Below the pieces are notes generated by a model. It was not told the DNA's origin. It made no database searches and saw only the letters and a program-made list of their open reading frames with translations. From Candidatus Karelsulcia muelleri PSPU (GTDB taxonomy: Bacteria; Bacteroidota; Bacteroidia; Flavobacteriales; Blattabacteriaceae), in contig NZ_AP013293.1 in assembly GCF_000829155.1 (NCBI RefSeq), positions 253,353 through 285,352 on the forward strand: a stretch of DNA of 32,000 bases. Reading direction: 5' to 3'. The stretch's first letter is position 1. Every line of letters starts with the position of its first letter. Of this stretch, positions 9,533 through 18,039 are shown in pieces. A program made the position numbers and the translations under genes.

Positions 9533-10453
9533 ATGTATAAAAAAATGTATGAATATCATAATCCTGTTTTATTGGATGAGACCTTGACTCTCTTAGTTAA
9601 AGAAATTGATGGAATTTATATAGATACAACTTTTGGTGGGGGGGGACATTCTTTTTCATTATTAAAAAAATTAAATAATAAAGGGAGGCTAATTGCTTTT
9701 GATCAAGATATATATTCTATAAAAAAAAATAATATAATTGATACAAGATTTAATCTTGTGAAAACCAATTATATATTTATAAAAAAAATATTAAAAATAT
9801 ATAATCTTAATAAAGTCTCTGGTATATTAGCTGATTTAGGAATTTCTTCTCATCAAATAAATACTCCAAAAAGAGGATTTTCAATTAGATCTAATAGTAT
9901 TTTAGATATGAGGATGGATACTTTTAATAAAATTAATGCAAAATATATAATAAATAATTATTCATATAATGAATTATATAATATATTTAAAATATATGGA
10001 GATATAAAAAATTATAAATTTTTAGCAAAATTAATTCTAAAACAAAGAAAAAAAAAATATATAAAATATACATTTGATTTAATTAATATATTAAAAGTTT
10101 TTTTTAAAAAAAAACTAGAAAATAAATTTTTATCAAAGATCTTTCAATCTTTACGAATAGAAGTAAATAATGAAATCAATGCATTAAAATATTTATTAAA
10201 TAATTCTTTATCTATATTAAAACCTGGAGGTAGAATTGCTGTTATATCTTATAATTCTATAGAAGATAGAATTGTTAAAAAATTTTTAAAAACTGGAAAT
10301 TTTAATGGAGTTGTTTCATATGATGGATATGGTAATAATATATCACCTTTAATTCTTTTAAAACCTAAAATAATTTTTTCTTCTAAAGAAGAAATTAAAA
10401 AAAATAATAGATCAAGAAGTGCTATATTAAGAATAGCAGAAAAAAAACTATAA
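9533..10453 (+). CDS. rsmH: 16S rRNA (cytosine1402-N4)-methyltransferase RsmH/MraW
   Basis: 306 aa. ..YHNPVLLDE.. and the SAM-binding motif ..DTTFGGGGHS.. are present, as is ..SYNSIEDRIVK... The start could be ATG 9533 or 9545. Confidence 0.9.
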   Translation: MYKKMYEYHNPVLLDETLTLLVKEIDGIYIDTTFGGGGHSFSLLKKLNNKGRLIAFDQDIYSIKKNNIIDTRFNLVKTNYIFIKKILKIYNLNKVSGILADLGISSHQINTPKRGFSIRSNSILDMRMDTFNKINAKYIINNYSYNELYNIFKIYGDIKNYKFLAKLILKQRKKKYIKYTFDLINILKVFFKKKLENKFLSKIFQSLRIEVNNEINALKYLLNNSLSILKPGGRIAVISYNSIEDRIVKKFLKTGNFNGVVSYDGYGNNISPLILLKPKIIFSSKEEIKKNNRSRSAILRIAEKKL

Positions 10454-10455
10454 TA

Positions 10456-10760
10456 AAGTAAACTTATAAGCCGGATTCTGTATTTATCATTTATCTGGGA
10501 AAAAAGTTACCTTTTTACTCTATCTGCCCACCCCCCGAATTAATAGTTAAAGGGAATACTACACTTTTTTTAAAAAGTATCCGGTATACATTGCATTTCA
10601 CAACACAGAGTTTACAATATTTCACTACAGCCTAACTGTACTTTATTTCTGTTGCACTATTCCTAATCTCACGATGGCCGGGAATTACCCGATGTGTTCC
10701 CCTAATGTGTCCGGACTTTCCTCATTATTTAATAATAAACGCGATAAAAAAGTCTACTTC
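10456..10760 (-). ncRNA. rnpB: RNase P RNA (bacterial type A, size-reduced, ~305 nt)
   Basis: A relatively GC-rich island with no ORF. The minus strand contains the universal P4/CR-I box GAGGAAAGUCCGGACAC (revcomp of 10707-10723). It also has GUGCAACAGAAA, and CCCAGAUAAAUGAUAAAUACAGAAUCCGGCUUAUAAG (CR-V; core is revcomp of 10463-10481). A P1 helix pairs AAGUAGAC (10759-10752) with GUUUACUU (10463-10456). Ends are approximate to a few nt. Confidence 0.9.
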
Positions 10761-10761
10761 T

Positions 10762-12300
10762 TTATAAAAAATTTTCTTTTATTATTCTTGGATAAACCCA
10801 TTTAAGTAAATTCATATAAGAATATAAACCTCCCTCAAAATGTTGGGGGATAGTAGGTTTATAATTTATATAAATATTTTCAGCATTAAATTTATTAGTA
10901 ATAGAAGATATTATGTATCTATCATTACAAAATATATATCCTGTAAAAAAAAAATTTGTTTTATTCACTAAATAAATAGTTTTTTCCCAATTAGAATCTT
11001 CATATATATAAACTGTTAAGACTGGGCCAAATATTTCATCTATCATACTTTCATAATATGGATTATTAGTTTCTATTACTGTTGGAGTAATAAAATAACC
11101 TTTTGAACTATCACATTTTCCACCAATAATAATATTACAATTATTATCATTCTTAGCTCTATATATATATCCTTTAATTTTATTAAAACTAATTTCATCA
11201 ATTACAGATGTAATAAAATTTGAAAAATTCCTAGGACTTCCTAGTTTCATAGAATGAATATTATTTATTAATAATTTTTTTATATTTTCTTTCCATAAAG
11301 ATTTTGGTATATAAGCTCTAGACACAGCAGACAATTTTTGTCCTTGATATTCAAAAGCTCCATATGAAAGTGCTATAGATACTTCTTTTGAATTAGAATT
11401 AGGATGTACCCATATAAAATTTTTTCCTCCTGTTTCTCCTACAATACGTGGAGAATATCTATATAAATCTATTTTTTTACTTATATTTTTAAATATTTTT
11501 TTAAAGACTTCTGTAGAGCCTGTAAAATTTATTCCTGCAAAATTTTTATGTTTTAATATAACATTTGATGTAGTTTTTACATTTGTTAATAACATATTAA
11601 TTACACCATCAGGCAATCCAGATTTTTTAAATATTTCCATTAAAACATTTGCAGAATATAATTGTTTATTAGATGGTTTCCATAATACAACATTTCCCAT
11701 AAGGGCCATACAAGCTGGTAAATATCCAGATATAGAAGTAAAATTAAATGGTGTTATTGCAACTACAAATCCTTTTAAAGGACGATAATATAAACTATTA
11801 AAAACTCCTCTACTATATAAATATTTCTTATTATATATTATATATGCATATTCTATATGAAATTTTAAAAGATCTATTAATTCACAAGCGGCATCTATTT
11901 CAGATTGAAAAATATTTTTCGATTGACCAATCATTGTAGCTGCATTAATTTTCATTCTATATGGACCAGAAATTAAATCAGCAGCTTTTAAAAATATAGA
12001 AGCTCTATCTGCCCAAGATAAATTTGACCAATTTTTATGGACTGATAAAGATGAATTAATTGCATTATTAATATCTTTTTCTGATCCTTCATGCCAATAT
12101 CCTATAATTTTTTTATTATCATGTGGAGGAGAAATAGGATGTTTTATTCCACTAAAAATTTTTTCATTTCCAATATATTGAGGAATATCTATTTTAGAAT
12201 TAAACATTTCATCATAAAGTCTTTTTAATTTTAAACGAGAAATAATATCATTATTATAATCATGTATTGGTTCATTAATAAAAAATTTTTTTTTATACAT
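10762..12300 (-). CDS. pruA: 1-pyrroline-5-carboxylate (L-glutamate gamma-semialdehyde) dehydrogenase homolog, catalytic Cys replaced by Leu
   Basis: 512 aa, collinear with the Bacteroidota-type P5CDH/ALDH family (..WADRASIFLKAADLISGPYR.KINAATM.GQSKN..Q.EIDAACELID.., ..AITPFNFT.., ..VGETGGKNF..). The nucleophile motif reads FEYQGQKLSAVSRAYIP instead of ..QGQKCSA... About 11 residues are missing from the C-terminal KPTGAVVG..PFGGAR.SGTNDKAGS segment. Confidence 0.85.
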   Translation of the reverse strand: MYKKKFFINEPIHDYNNDIISRLKLKRLYDEMFNSKIDIPQYIGNEKIFSGIKHPISPPHDNKKIIGYWHEGSEKDINNAINSSLSVHKNWSNLSWADRASIFLKAADLISGPYRMKINAATMIGQSKNIFQSEIDAACELIDLLKFHIEYAYIIYNKKYLYSRGVFNSLYYRPLKGFVVAITPFNFTSISGYLPACMALMGNVVLWKPSNKQLYSANVLMEIFKKSGLPDGVINMLLTNVKTTSNVILKHKNFAGINFTGSTEVFKKIFKNISKKIDLYRYSPRIVGETGGKNFIWVHPNSNSKEVSIALSYGAFEYQGQKLSAVSRAYIPKSLWKENIKKLLINNIHSMKLGSPRNFSNFITSVIDEISFNKIKGYIYRAKNDNNCNIIIGGKCDSSKGYFITPTVIETNNPYYESMIDEIFGPVLTVYIYEDSNWEKTIYLVNKTNFFFTGYIFCNDRYIISSITNKFNAENIYINYKPTIPQHFEGGLYSYMNLLKWVYPRIIKENFL

Positions 12301-12315
12301 AAAATTATTTTAAAT

Positions 12316-13950
12316 TTAATTTTTAGTAAAATTAAATATAATTTTTTTTCCAAAAGGTGTATAATATGGATTGTTAGAATTAAATAAATTTTTAATTAAA
12401 TATTTAATTTTTAAATTATTAATTTTTACTCCATTTTTAATAGAAAAATATTTACATATTTTTTTATAAAAAATCTCAAGATTTAAATCAAAATTTGATA
12501 TAATACTTTTTATAAAATTAGATATATTATATGACTCTAACATTAGAGGTATATATTTAACTAAAATAATATCTTTAATAAGATTAATTTCAAATCCTAA
12601 ATAATTTAATTTATTTATTATTTCTTTTATAGAAGAATAATTTTTATTAATAATTTTTATTTCGATTGGAAATCGAATTTTTTTTTTTTTTTTATATTTT
12701 TTATAATAAAAAAAATCATATAAAATTCTTTGATGAGCACGATTTTGATTGACTAATATGAGTTCAAATTTAATAAAGCCTAATAGATATTTATTATAAA
12801 TTTGAATCCATTTATATAAATAATATTTATTTACGTTTTCTAAAAAAAAATTAGAATTAAATTTTTTTTCTTTTAAAGATTCTTTTATATTTTTATATTT
12901 TTTATTAAAAAAAAAGATATAATTTTTATCAGTATCTTTTTTTTTTAAAAAAAATTTTTTAATATTATTAATTCCTAAATATTCTTTAATAAGAGTACTA
13001 ATTTTATTACATAAATATATTTCATCATAAAATTTTACTTTTGTTTTGTATGGACTAATATTAATATTAAATTTACTAGGATCCATCGTTAAAAAAATAA
13101 AATAAGAAGGATTATATTTTTTTTTTGTAAGACCTTCATAAGAATTTATAATAGCATTATGTAAATTTTTATTTTTTATAAATCGTTTATTTAAAAAAAT
13201 ATATTGTTTTTTTAAATTAAAATATTTAGTATTTGTTATGTAACCTTGTATTTTAACTAAGTTAGTCGTTTTTTTTATTTTAATTAAATATTTTTTTATT
13301 TTTTTACCAAAAATTTTTATTATACGTTTTTTATGTGAAGATTTTTTTAAAAAAAAAACAATTTTTTTATTATTTTTTAAAATAAAATTTATATCATTAT
13401 GACTTAATACAATTTTATAAAATTCATTAATAATATTTTTTAATTCTAAATTAGAAGATTTTAAAAATTTCCTTTTAACAGGAATATTATAAAATATATT
13501 CTTTATACATATGCTACACCCTTTATCCATGGAAATTGGTAATGGTTTATATTTTAATTTTCCATTTTCTATAATAAGCCTTATTCCTATATCTGATTCT
13601 ATATATCTTGTATCAATTTCTATCTGGGTAACAGAAGTAATATAAGATAAAGCTTCACCTCTAAATCCTTTAGTTGAAAGATTTAAAAGATCTTCTACTT
13701 TATTTATTTTTGACGTAGAATATCTCTCAAAACTTTTTATAGCATCATTTTTACTCATTCCTATACCATCATCTATAATATGTATTCTATCTTTACCTCC
13801 ATTTAATAATATTATTTTTATATTTTTTGCATAAGCATCTATAGAATTTTCTAAAATTTCTTTTAATATTGATGATGGGTTATGTATTACATCTCCAGAT
13901 GCTATTTTATTTGATACATTTTTTGATAATAATTTTATTACATCAGTCAT
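12316..13950 (-). CDS. mutL: DNA mismatch repair protein MutL (endonuclease motifs degenerate)
   Basis: ORF-track entry trimmed to ATG 13950 (MTDVIKLLSKNVSNKIASGDVI..). GHKL ATPase motifs are intact (EILENSIDA, DDGIGM, GFRGEAL). The C-terminal domain is recognisable, but DQHA..E....E reads NQNRAHQRILYD and CPHGRP reads TPFGKK. Confidence 0.88.
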   Translation of the reverse strand: MTDVIKLLSKNVSNKIASGDVIHNPSSILKEILENSIDAYAKNIKIILLNGGKDRIHIIDDGIGMSKNDAIKSFERYSTSKINKVEDLLNLSTKGFRGEALSYITSVTQIEIDTRYIESDIGIRLIIENGKLKYKPLPISMDKGCSICIKNIFYNIPVKRKFLKSSNLELKNIINEFYKIVLSHNDINFILKNNKKIVFFLKKSSHKKRIIKIFGKKIKKYLIKIKKTTNLVKIQGYITNTKYFNLKKQYIFLNKRFIKNKNLHNAIINSYEGLTKKKYNPSYFIFLTMDPSKFNINISPYKTKVKFYDEIYLCNKISTLIKEYLGINNIKKFFLKKKDTDKNYIFFFNKKYKNIKESLKEKKFNSNFFLENVNKYYLYKWIQIYNKYLLGFIKFELILVNQNRAHQRILYDFFYYKKYKKKKKIRFPIEIKIINKNYSSIKEIINKLNYLGFEINLIKDIILVKYIPLMLESYNISNFIKSIISNFDLNLEIFYKKICKYFSIKNGVKINNLKIKYLIKNLFNSNNPYYTPFGKKIIFNFTKN

Positions 13951-14028
13951 TTTATTATAGATTATAATTTTTAATATTGTTAGTAATTTATTTTTAAATA
14001 AATTATTTTTTATTATAATATATATATT

Positions 14029-15366
14029 GTGAAACTCTGGCAAAAAAATTTTGAAATTAATAAAAAAATAGAAATATTTACAGTAGGAAAAGATAGAAAT
14101 TTAGATTTATTTTTAGCACCTCATGATGTTATAGGGACATTAGCACATATAATAATGTTAGAAACAATAGGTCTATTAAACATTAACGAATTAAATTCTT
14201 TAATTAAAGAATTACATATTATTTATGATACAATTATATCTGGAAAATTTAAAATAGAGGATAATGTCGAAGATATACATTCTCAAATAGAATTAATATT
14301 AACTCAACGTTTAGGAGAAATCGGTAAAAAAATCCATAGTGGAAGATCTAGAAATGATCAAATTTTATTAGATATAAAATTATTTATTCGTAAAGAAATA
14401 CAAGAATTAGTTTTTTTAATTAAAAAATTATTTAATGTCTTAATATATTTAAGTAATCGTTATAAAAAAATATTAATTCCTGGTTATACACATTATCAAA
14501 TAGCTATGCCTTCTTCATTTGGTTTATGGTTCGCCTCTTATGCAGAAAGTCTTATAGACGATATATGTTTTTTAAAAAACGCTTATAATATTTCTAATAA
14601 AAATCCTTTAGGTTCAGCAGCTGGATTTGGATCATCTTTTTCATTAAATAGAAAACTTACAACAGATCTTTTAGGTTTTGAAGATTTAAATTATAATGTA
14701 GTATATGCACAAATGTGTAGAGGTAAAACAGAACGTATAGTTTCACAAGCTATTTCATCATTAGCTAGTACTATGAGTAAAATATCTCAAGATATATGTT
14801 TATATATGAGTCAGAATTTTAATTTTTTTTCATTACCTGATAATTTAACTACAGGATCTAGCATAATGCCACACAAAAAAAATCCAGATGTATTTGAATT
14901 AATAAGATCTAGATGTAATAAAATTATTTCTTTACCTAATCAAATATCAATTATAATAACTAATTTATCTTCAGGATATCATAGAGATTTACAAACTATT
15001 AAAGAAATTTTTTTACCAATATTTGATGAAATTAAAACAATAATATTAATATCTACATTTATGTTTAAAAAACTAATTATAAATAAAGAAATATTAAATG
15101 ATAAAAAATATAAATATTTGTTTAGTGTAGAAGTTGTTAATTCTTTAGTTAAAAAAGGTGTCTCATTTAGAGAAGCATATAAAAAAATTGGATTAGATAT
15201 CCAAAAAGGATGTTTTTATCCAATTACTGAGATAAAACATTCTCATGAAGGAAGTATAAGCAATTTATGTAATAAAAAACTTTCATATATAATGAAAAAT
15301 TCAATAAAACAATTTAAATTTGAAATTGTTAATAAAGCCATTAATAAATTATTAATTAATATATAA
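14029..15366 (+). CDS. argH: argininosuccinate lyase
   Basis: 445 aa with a GTG start (GTG AAA CTC TGG = MKLW, the usual ArgH N-terminus). The fumarate-lyase signature TGSSIMPHKKNPD and ..HSGRSRNDQ.. are present. Confidence 0.93.
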   Translation: MKLWQKNFEINKKIEIFTVGKDRNLDLFLAPHDVIGTLAHIIMLETIGLLNINELNSLIKELHIIYDTIISGKFKIEDNVEDIHSQIELILTQRLGEIGKKIHSGRSRNDQILLDIKLFIRKEIQELVFLIKKLFNVLIYLSNRYKKILIPGYTHYQIAMPSSFGLWFASYAESLIDDICFLKNAYNISNKNPLGSAAGFGSSFSLNRKLTTDLLGFEDLNYNVVYAQMCRGKTERIVSQAISSLASTMSKISQDICLYMSQNFNFFSLPDNLTTGSSIMPHKKNPDVFELIRSRCNKIISLPNQISIIITNLSSGYHRDLQTIKEIFLPIFDEIKTIILISTFMFKKLIINKEILNDKKYKYLFSVEVVNSLVKKGVSFREAYKKIGLDIQKGCFYPITEIKHSHEGSISNLCNKKLSYIMKNSIKQFKFEIVNKAINKLLINI

Positions 15367-15368
15367 TT

Positions 15369-16850
15369 TTATTTCATTTGAGGAAAAAATAAAACATCTT
15401 GTATACATTTGTTATTTGTTAATAACATTATTAACCTATCTATTCCAATTCCTATTCCTGCACATGGGGGCATTCCAAATTCTAAAGAACGTATAAAATT
15501 ACAATCTATTAACATAGCTTCATTATCTCCTTTATTATAGAGTTTAATTTGTTCTCTAAATCTTTTTAATTGATCAATAGGATTATTTAATTCAGAATAT
15601 GAATTTGCTATTTCATTTCCATTAATTATCAATTCAAACCTTTCAGTTAATCCTTTTTTACTTCTATGTATTTGAGTTAAAGGACTCATTTCTATTGGAT
15701 GATCCATAATAAATGTAGGATTAATATATTTTTTTTCACATTTTTCACTAAAAATTAGATCAATAATTTTACCTTTTCCCATACTATTATCTATTTTTAC
15801 ATTTATTTTTTTACATATTTTAATTATATTTTTTTCATCCATTCCATATAAATCATAGCCAGTATTTTCTTTAATTGAATCTAATATTGTTATTTTTTTA
15901 AATGGAATATTAAAATTTATAATATTATATCCAATTTTTATAAATTTTTTATCATGTATTTTTACACATAAAAATTCTAGCATTTTTTCTATAAAAATCA
16001 TCATCCAAAAATAATCTTTATAAGATACATATAATTCTAAAATAGTAAATTCTGTATTATGTATTTTATCTATACCTTCATTTCTAAAATTTCTAGAAAA
16101 TTCATAAACGGATTCTAATCCTCCTACAATTAATTTTTTTAAAAATAATTCATTTGAAATACGTAAATATAATGGTATATTTAGTGCATTATGATGAGTC
16201 ATAAATGGACGAGCGATAGCCCCTCCAGGGATTGATTGAAGTATAGGAGTTTCTACTTCTAAATATCCTTTTTTATTTAAAAAATTACGAATATATTGTA
16301 TTATTTTAGTTCGCTTTCTAAATATAGATTTTGTTTTATCATTAACTATTAAATCTAAATATCTCATACGATAACGTTGTTCAGACTCATAAAAAGAGTC
16401 ATGAACTTTTCCAGTTTCATCTTGTTTAACATGGGGTAAAACACGTAAACATTTAGATAATAATTTTATTTTTTTAGCATGTACAGTAGTCTTATTACTT
16501 TTAGTTTTAAATAAAAAACCTTTTATTCCTATAATATCTCCAATATCTAAAAGTTTTTTAAAAAAAAAATCATAATTTTTTATACTATCTCTTTTAAGAT
16601 AAATCTGTATTATTCCATGTTTATCTTTCATTTCTATAAATGAGGCTTTTCCCATTATTCTCATTCTAATAATACGTCCAGAAATAATTACATTTTTTCC
16701 ATATTCATAAAATTTAATCAAATATATTGATGTTGCATTTACATAATATTCTTCAGACGGATAAGGATTTATACCCAATTTTATAATTTCATAAAGTTTT
16801 TTTCTACGTATTATTTCTTGATCTGATAATTTTATAAAATTTTTATTCAT
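15369..16850 (-). CDS. lysS: lysine--tRNA ligase (class II)
   Basis: ORF-track entry trimmed to ATG 16850 (MNKNFIKLSDQEIIRRKK..). The 30 upstream codons read through the tRNA gene and are an artefact. OB-fold N-domain plus class II core (..FRNEGID..H..EFT..E.Y.., ..GMPPCAGIGIGIDRL.M). Confidence 0.93.
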   Translation of the reverse strand: MNKNFIKLSDQEIIRRKKLYEIIKLGINPYPSEEYYVNATSIYLIKFYEYGKNVIISGRIIRMRIMGKASFIEMKDKHGIIQIYLKRDSIKNYDFFFKKLLDIGDIIGIKGFLFKTKSNKTTVHAKKIKLLSKCLRVLPHVKQDETGKVHDSFYESEQRYRMRYLDLIVNDKTKSIFRKRTKIIQYIRNFLNKKGYLEVETPILQSIPGGAIARPFMTHHNALNIPLYLRISNELFLKKLIVGGLESVYEFSRNFRNEGIDKIHNTEFTILELYVSYKDYFWMMIFIEKMLEFLCVKIHDKKFIKIGYNIINFNIPFKKITILDSIKENTGYDLYGMDEKNIIKICKKINVKIDNSMGKGKIIDLIFSEKCEKKYINPTFIMDHPIEMSPLTQIHRSKKGLTERFELIINGNEIANSYSELNNPIDQLKRFREQIKLYNKGDNEAMLIDCNFIRSLEFGMPPCAGIGIGIDRLIMLLTNNKCIQDVLFFPQMK

Positions 16851-16881
16851 AAAATAATTTGAATGATAATATAAACAAAAG

Positions 16882-16955
16882 TGACCTCGAAGGGAGTTGA
16901 ACCCCCAACCTTCTGATCCGTAGTCAGATGCTCTATCCAATTAAGCTACGAGGCC
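16882..16955 (-). tRNA. tRNA-Arg (anticodon ACG)
   Basis: The minus strand reads GGCCTCGTAGCTTAATTGGATAGAGCATCTGACTACGGATCAGAAGGTTGGGGGTTCAACTCCCTTCGAGGTCA. It folds by hand into a cloverleaf: 7-bp acceptor, D stem GCTT/GAGC, anticodon stem TCTGA/TCAGA with loop CTACGGA, T stem GGGGG/CCCTT with loop TTCAACT. No encoded CCA. Confidence 0.93.
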
Positions 16956-17041
16956 TACTTTTTATTTAAAAAGTTTTATAAATTATATATATAATTTTTT
17001 TTTAAATAAATATATATATTATAAATATTTATTTAAAATAA

Positions 17042-18016
17042 ATGAAAAAAATTAATAATGATATATATTTAAAATGGTTTAAAGATATGTCATTTTGGAG
17101 AAAATTTGAAGATAAATGTAGGTCTTTATACTTAAAACAAAAAATAAGAGGATTTTTACATTTATACAATGGCCAAGAAGCTATACCTGCAGGTATTGTT
17201 CATGCTATGGATCTTAATAAAGATCAAATGATTACTGCTTATAGATGTCATATTTTACCTCTTGCTATGGGGGTAGACCCTAAAAATATTATGGCTGAAT
17301 TATTGGGGAAAAATACTGGAACTTCTTATGGAATGGGGGGGTCTATGCATATTTTTAGTAAAAAATATCGTTTTTATGGAGGTCATGGAATTGTTGGCGG
17401 ACAAATTCCTTTAGGAGCAGGAATTGCATTTGCTGATAAATATTTTTCTCGTGATGCTGTAACATTAACAATTATGGGTGATGGAGCTGTTAATCAAGGA
17501 TCACTTCATGAAACTTTTAATATGGCCATGATTTGGAAATTACCTGTTGTGTTTATATGCGAAAATAATAAATATGCAATGGGCACTTCCGTAAAAAGAA
17601 GTTCGAATATTAAAGAAATCTATAAAATAGGTTTTTCATATAAAATGCCATCTTTTTGTGTAGATGGAATGAATCCTATAAAAATATATGAACATGCTTA
17701 TAATGCCATCTCAAGAGCTAGAAATGGTAATGGTCCTACATTTTTAGATATTCGCACTTATAGATATAGAGGTCATTCTATGTCAGATTCAGAATCATAT
17801 AGGAGTAAAAAAGAAGTAAATGAATATAAAAATAGAGATCCTATTATTTTAATAAAGAAATATATTTTAGAAAAAAAATTAGTTACAGAAAAAAAATTAA
17901 ATTCATTTAAAGATGAAATTAATCAAAAAATTGATGAATGTGTTCAATTTGCAGAATTGTCAAATTATACAAATGTAAAAAAAATGTATAGTGTAGTTTA
18001 TAATAAAAAAAATTAA
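17042..18016 (+). CDS. pdhA: pyruvate dehydrogenase E1 component, alpha subunit
   Basis: 324 aa. ..LYNGQEAIPAG.., the ThDP-binding motif ..MGDGAVNQGSLHE..N.A..W.LPV.F.CENN.YAMGT.., and ..YRYRGHSMSD.. are present. Confidence 0.92.
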   Translation: MKKINNDIYLKWFKDMSFWRKFEDKCRSLYLKQKIRGFLHLYNGQEAIPAGIVHAMDLNKDQMITAYRCHILPLAMGVDPKNIMAELLGKNTGTSYGMGGSMHIFSKKYRFYGGHGIVGGQIPLGAGIAFADKYFSRDAVTLTIMGDGAVNQGSLHETFNMAMIWKLPVVFICENNKYAMGTSVKRSSNIKEIYKIGFSYKMPSFCVDGMNPIKIYEHAYNAISRARNGNGPTFLDIRTYRYRGHSMSDSESYRSKKEVNEYKNRDPIILIKKYILEKKLVTEKKLNSFKDEINQKIDECVQFAELSNYTNVKKMYSVVYNKKN

Positions 18017-18039
18017 TTAATTAATAAAATTAAAAAAAT

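Noticed and set aside
16851-16940. N-terminal 30 codons of the lysS ORF-track entry (MDRASDYGSEGWGFNSLRGH..)
   Set aside because: These codons are the antisense-frame translation of the tRNA-Arg gene. The LysRS homology starts at MNKNFIKLSD (ATG 16850).
16957-16974. AT palindrome ACTTTTTA-TT-TAAAAAGT immediately 5' of tRNA-Arg, upstream of pdhA
   Set aside because: It is an all-A/T stem with a 2-nt centre, so it is thermodynamically weak and easily produced by chance at this composition. There is no second copy to suggest an operator.
18017-18039. Absence of the pdhB (E1 beta) gene between pdhA and E2
   Set aside because: As I recall, Flavobacteriia commonly have pdhA-E2 adjacent with pdhB encoded elsewhere. 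This is therefore probably ancestral gene order rather than a loss. It cannot be judged from this window.
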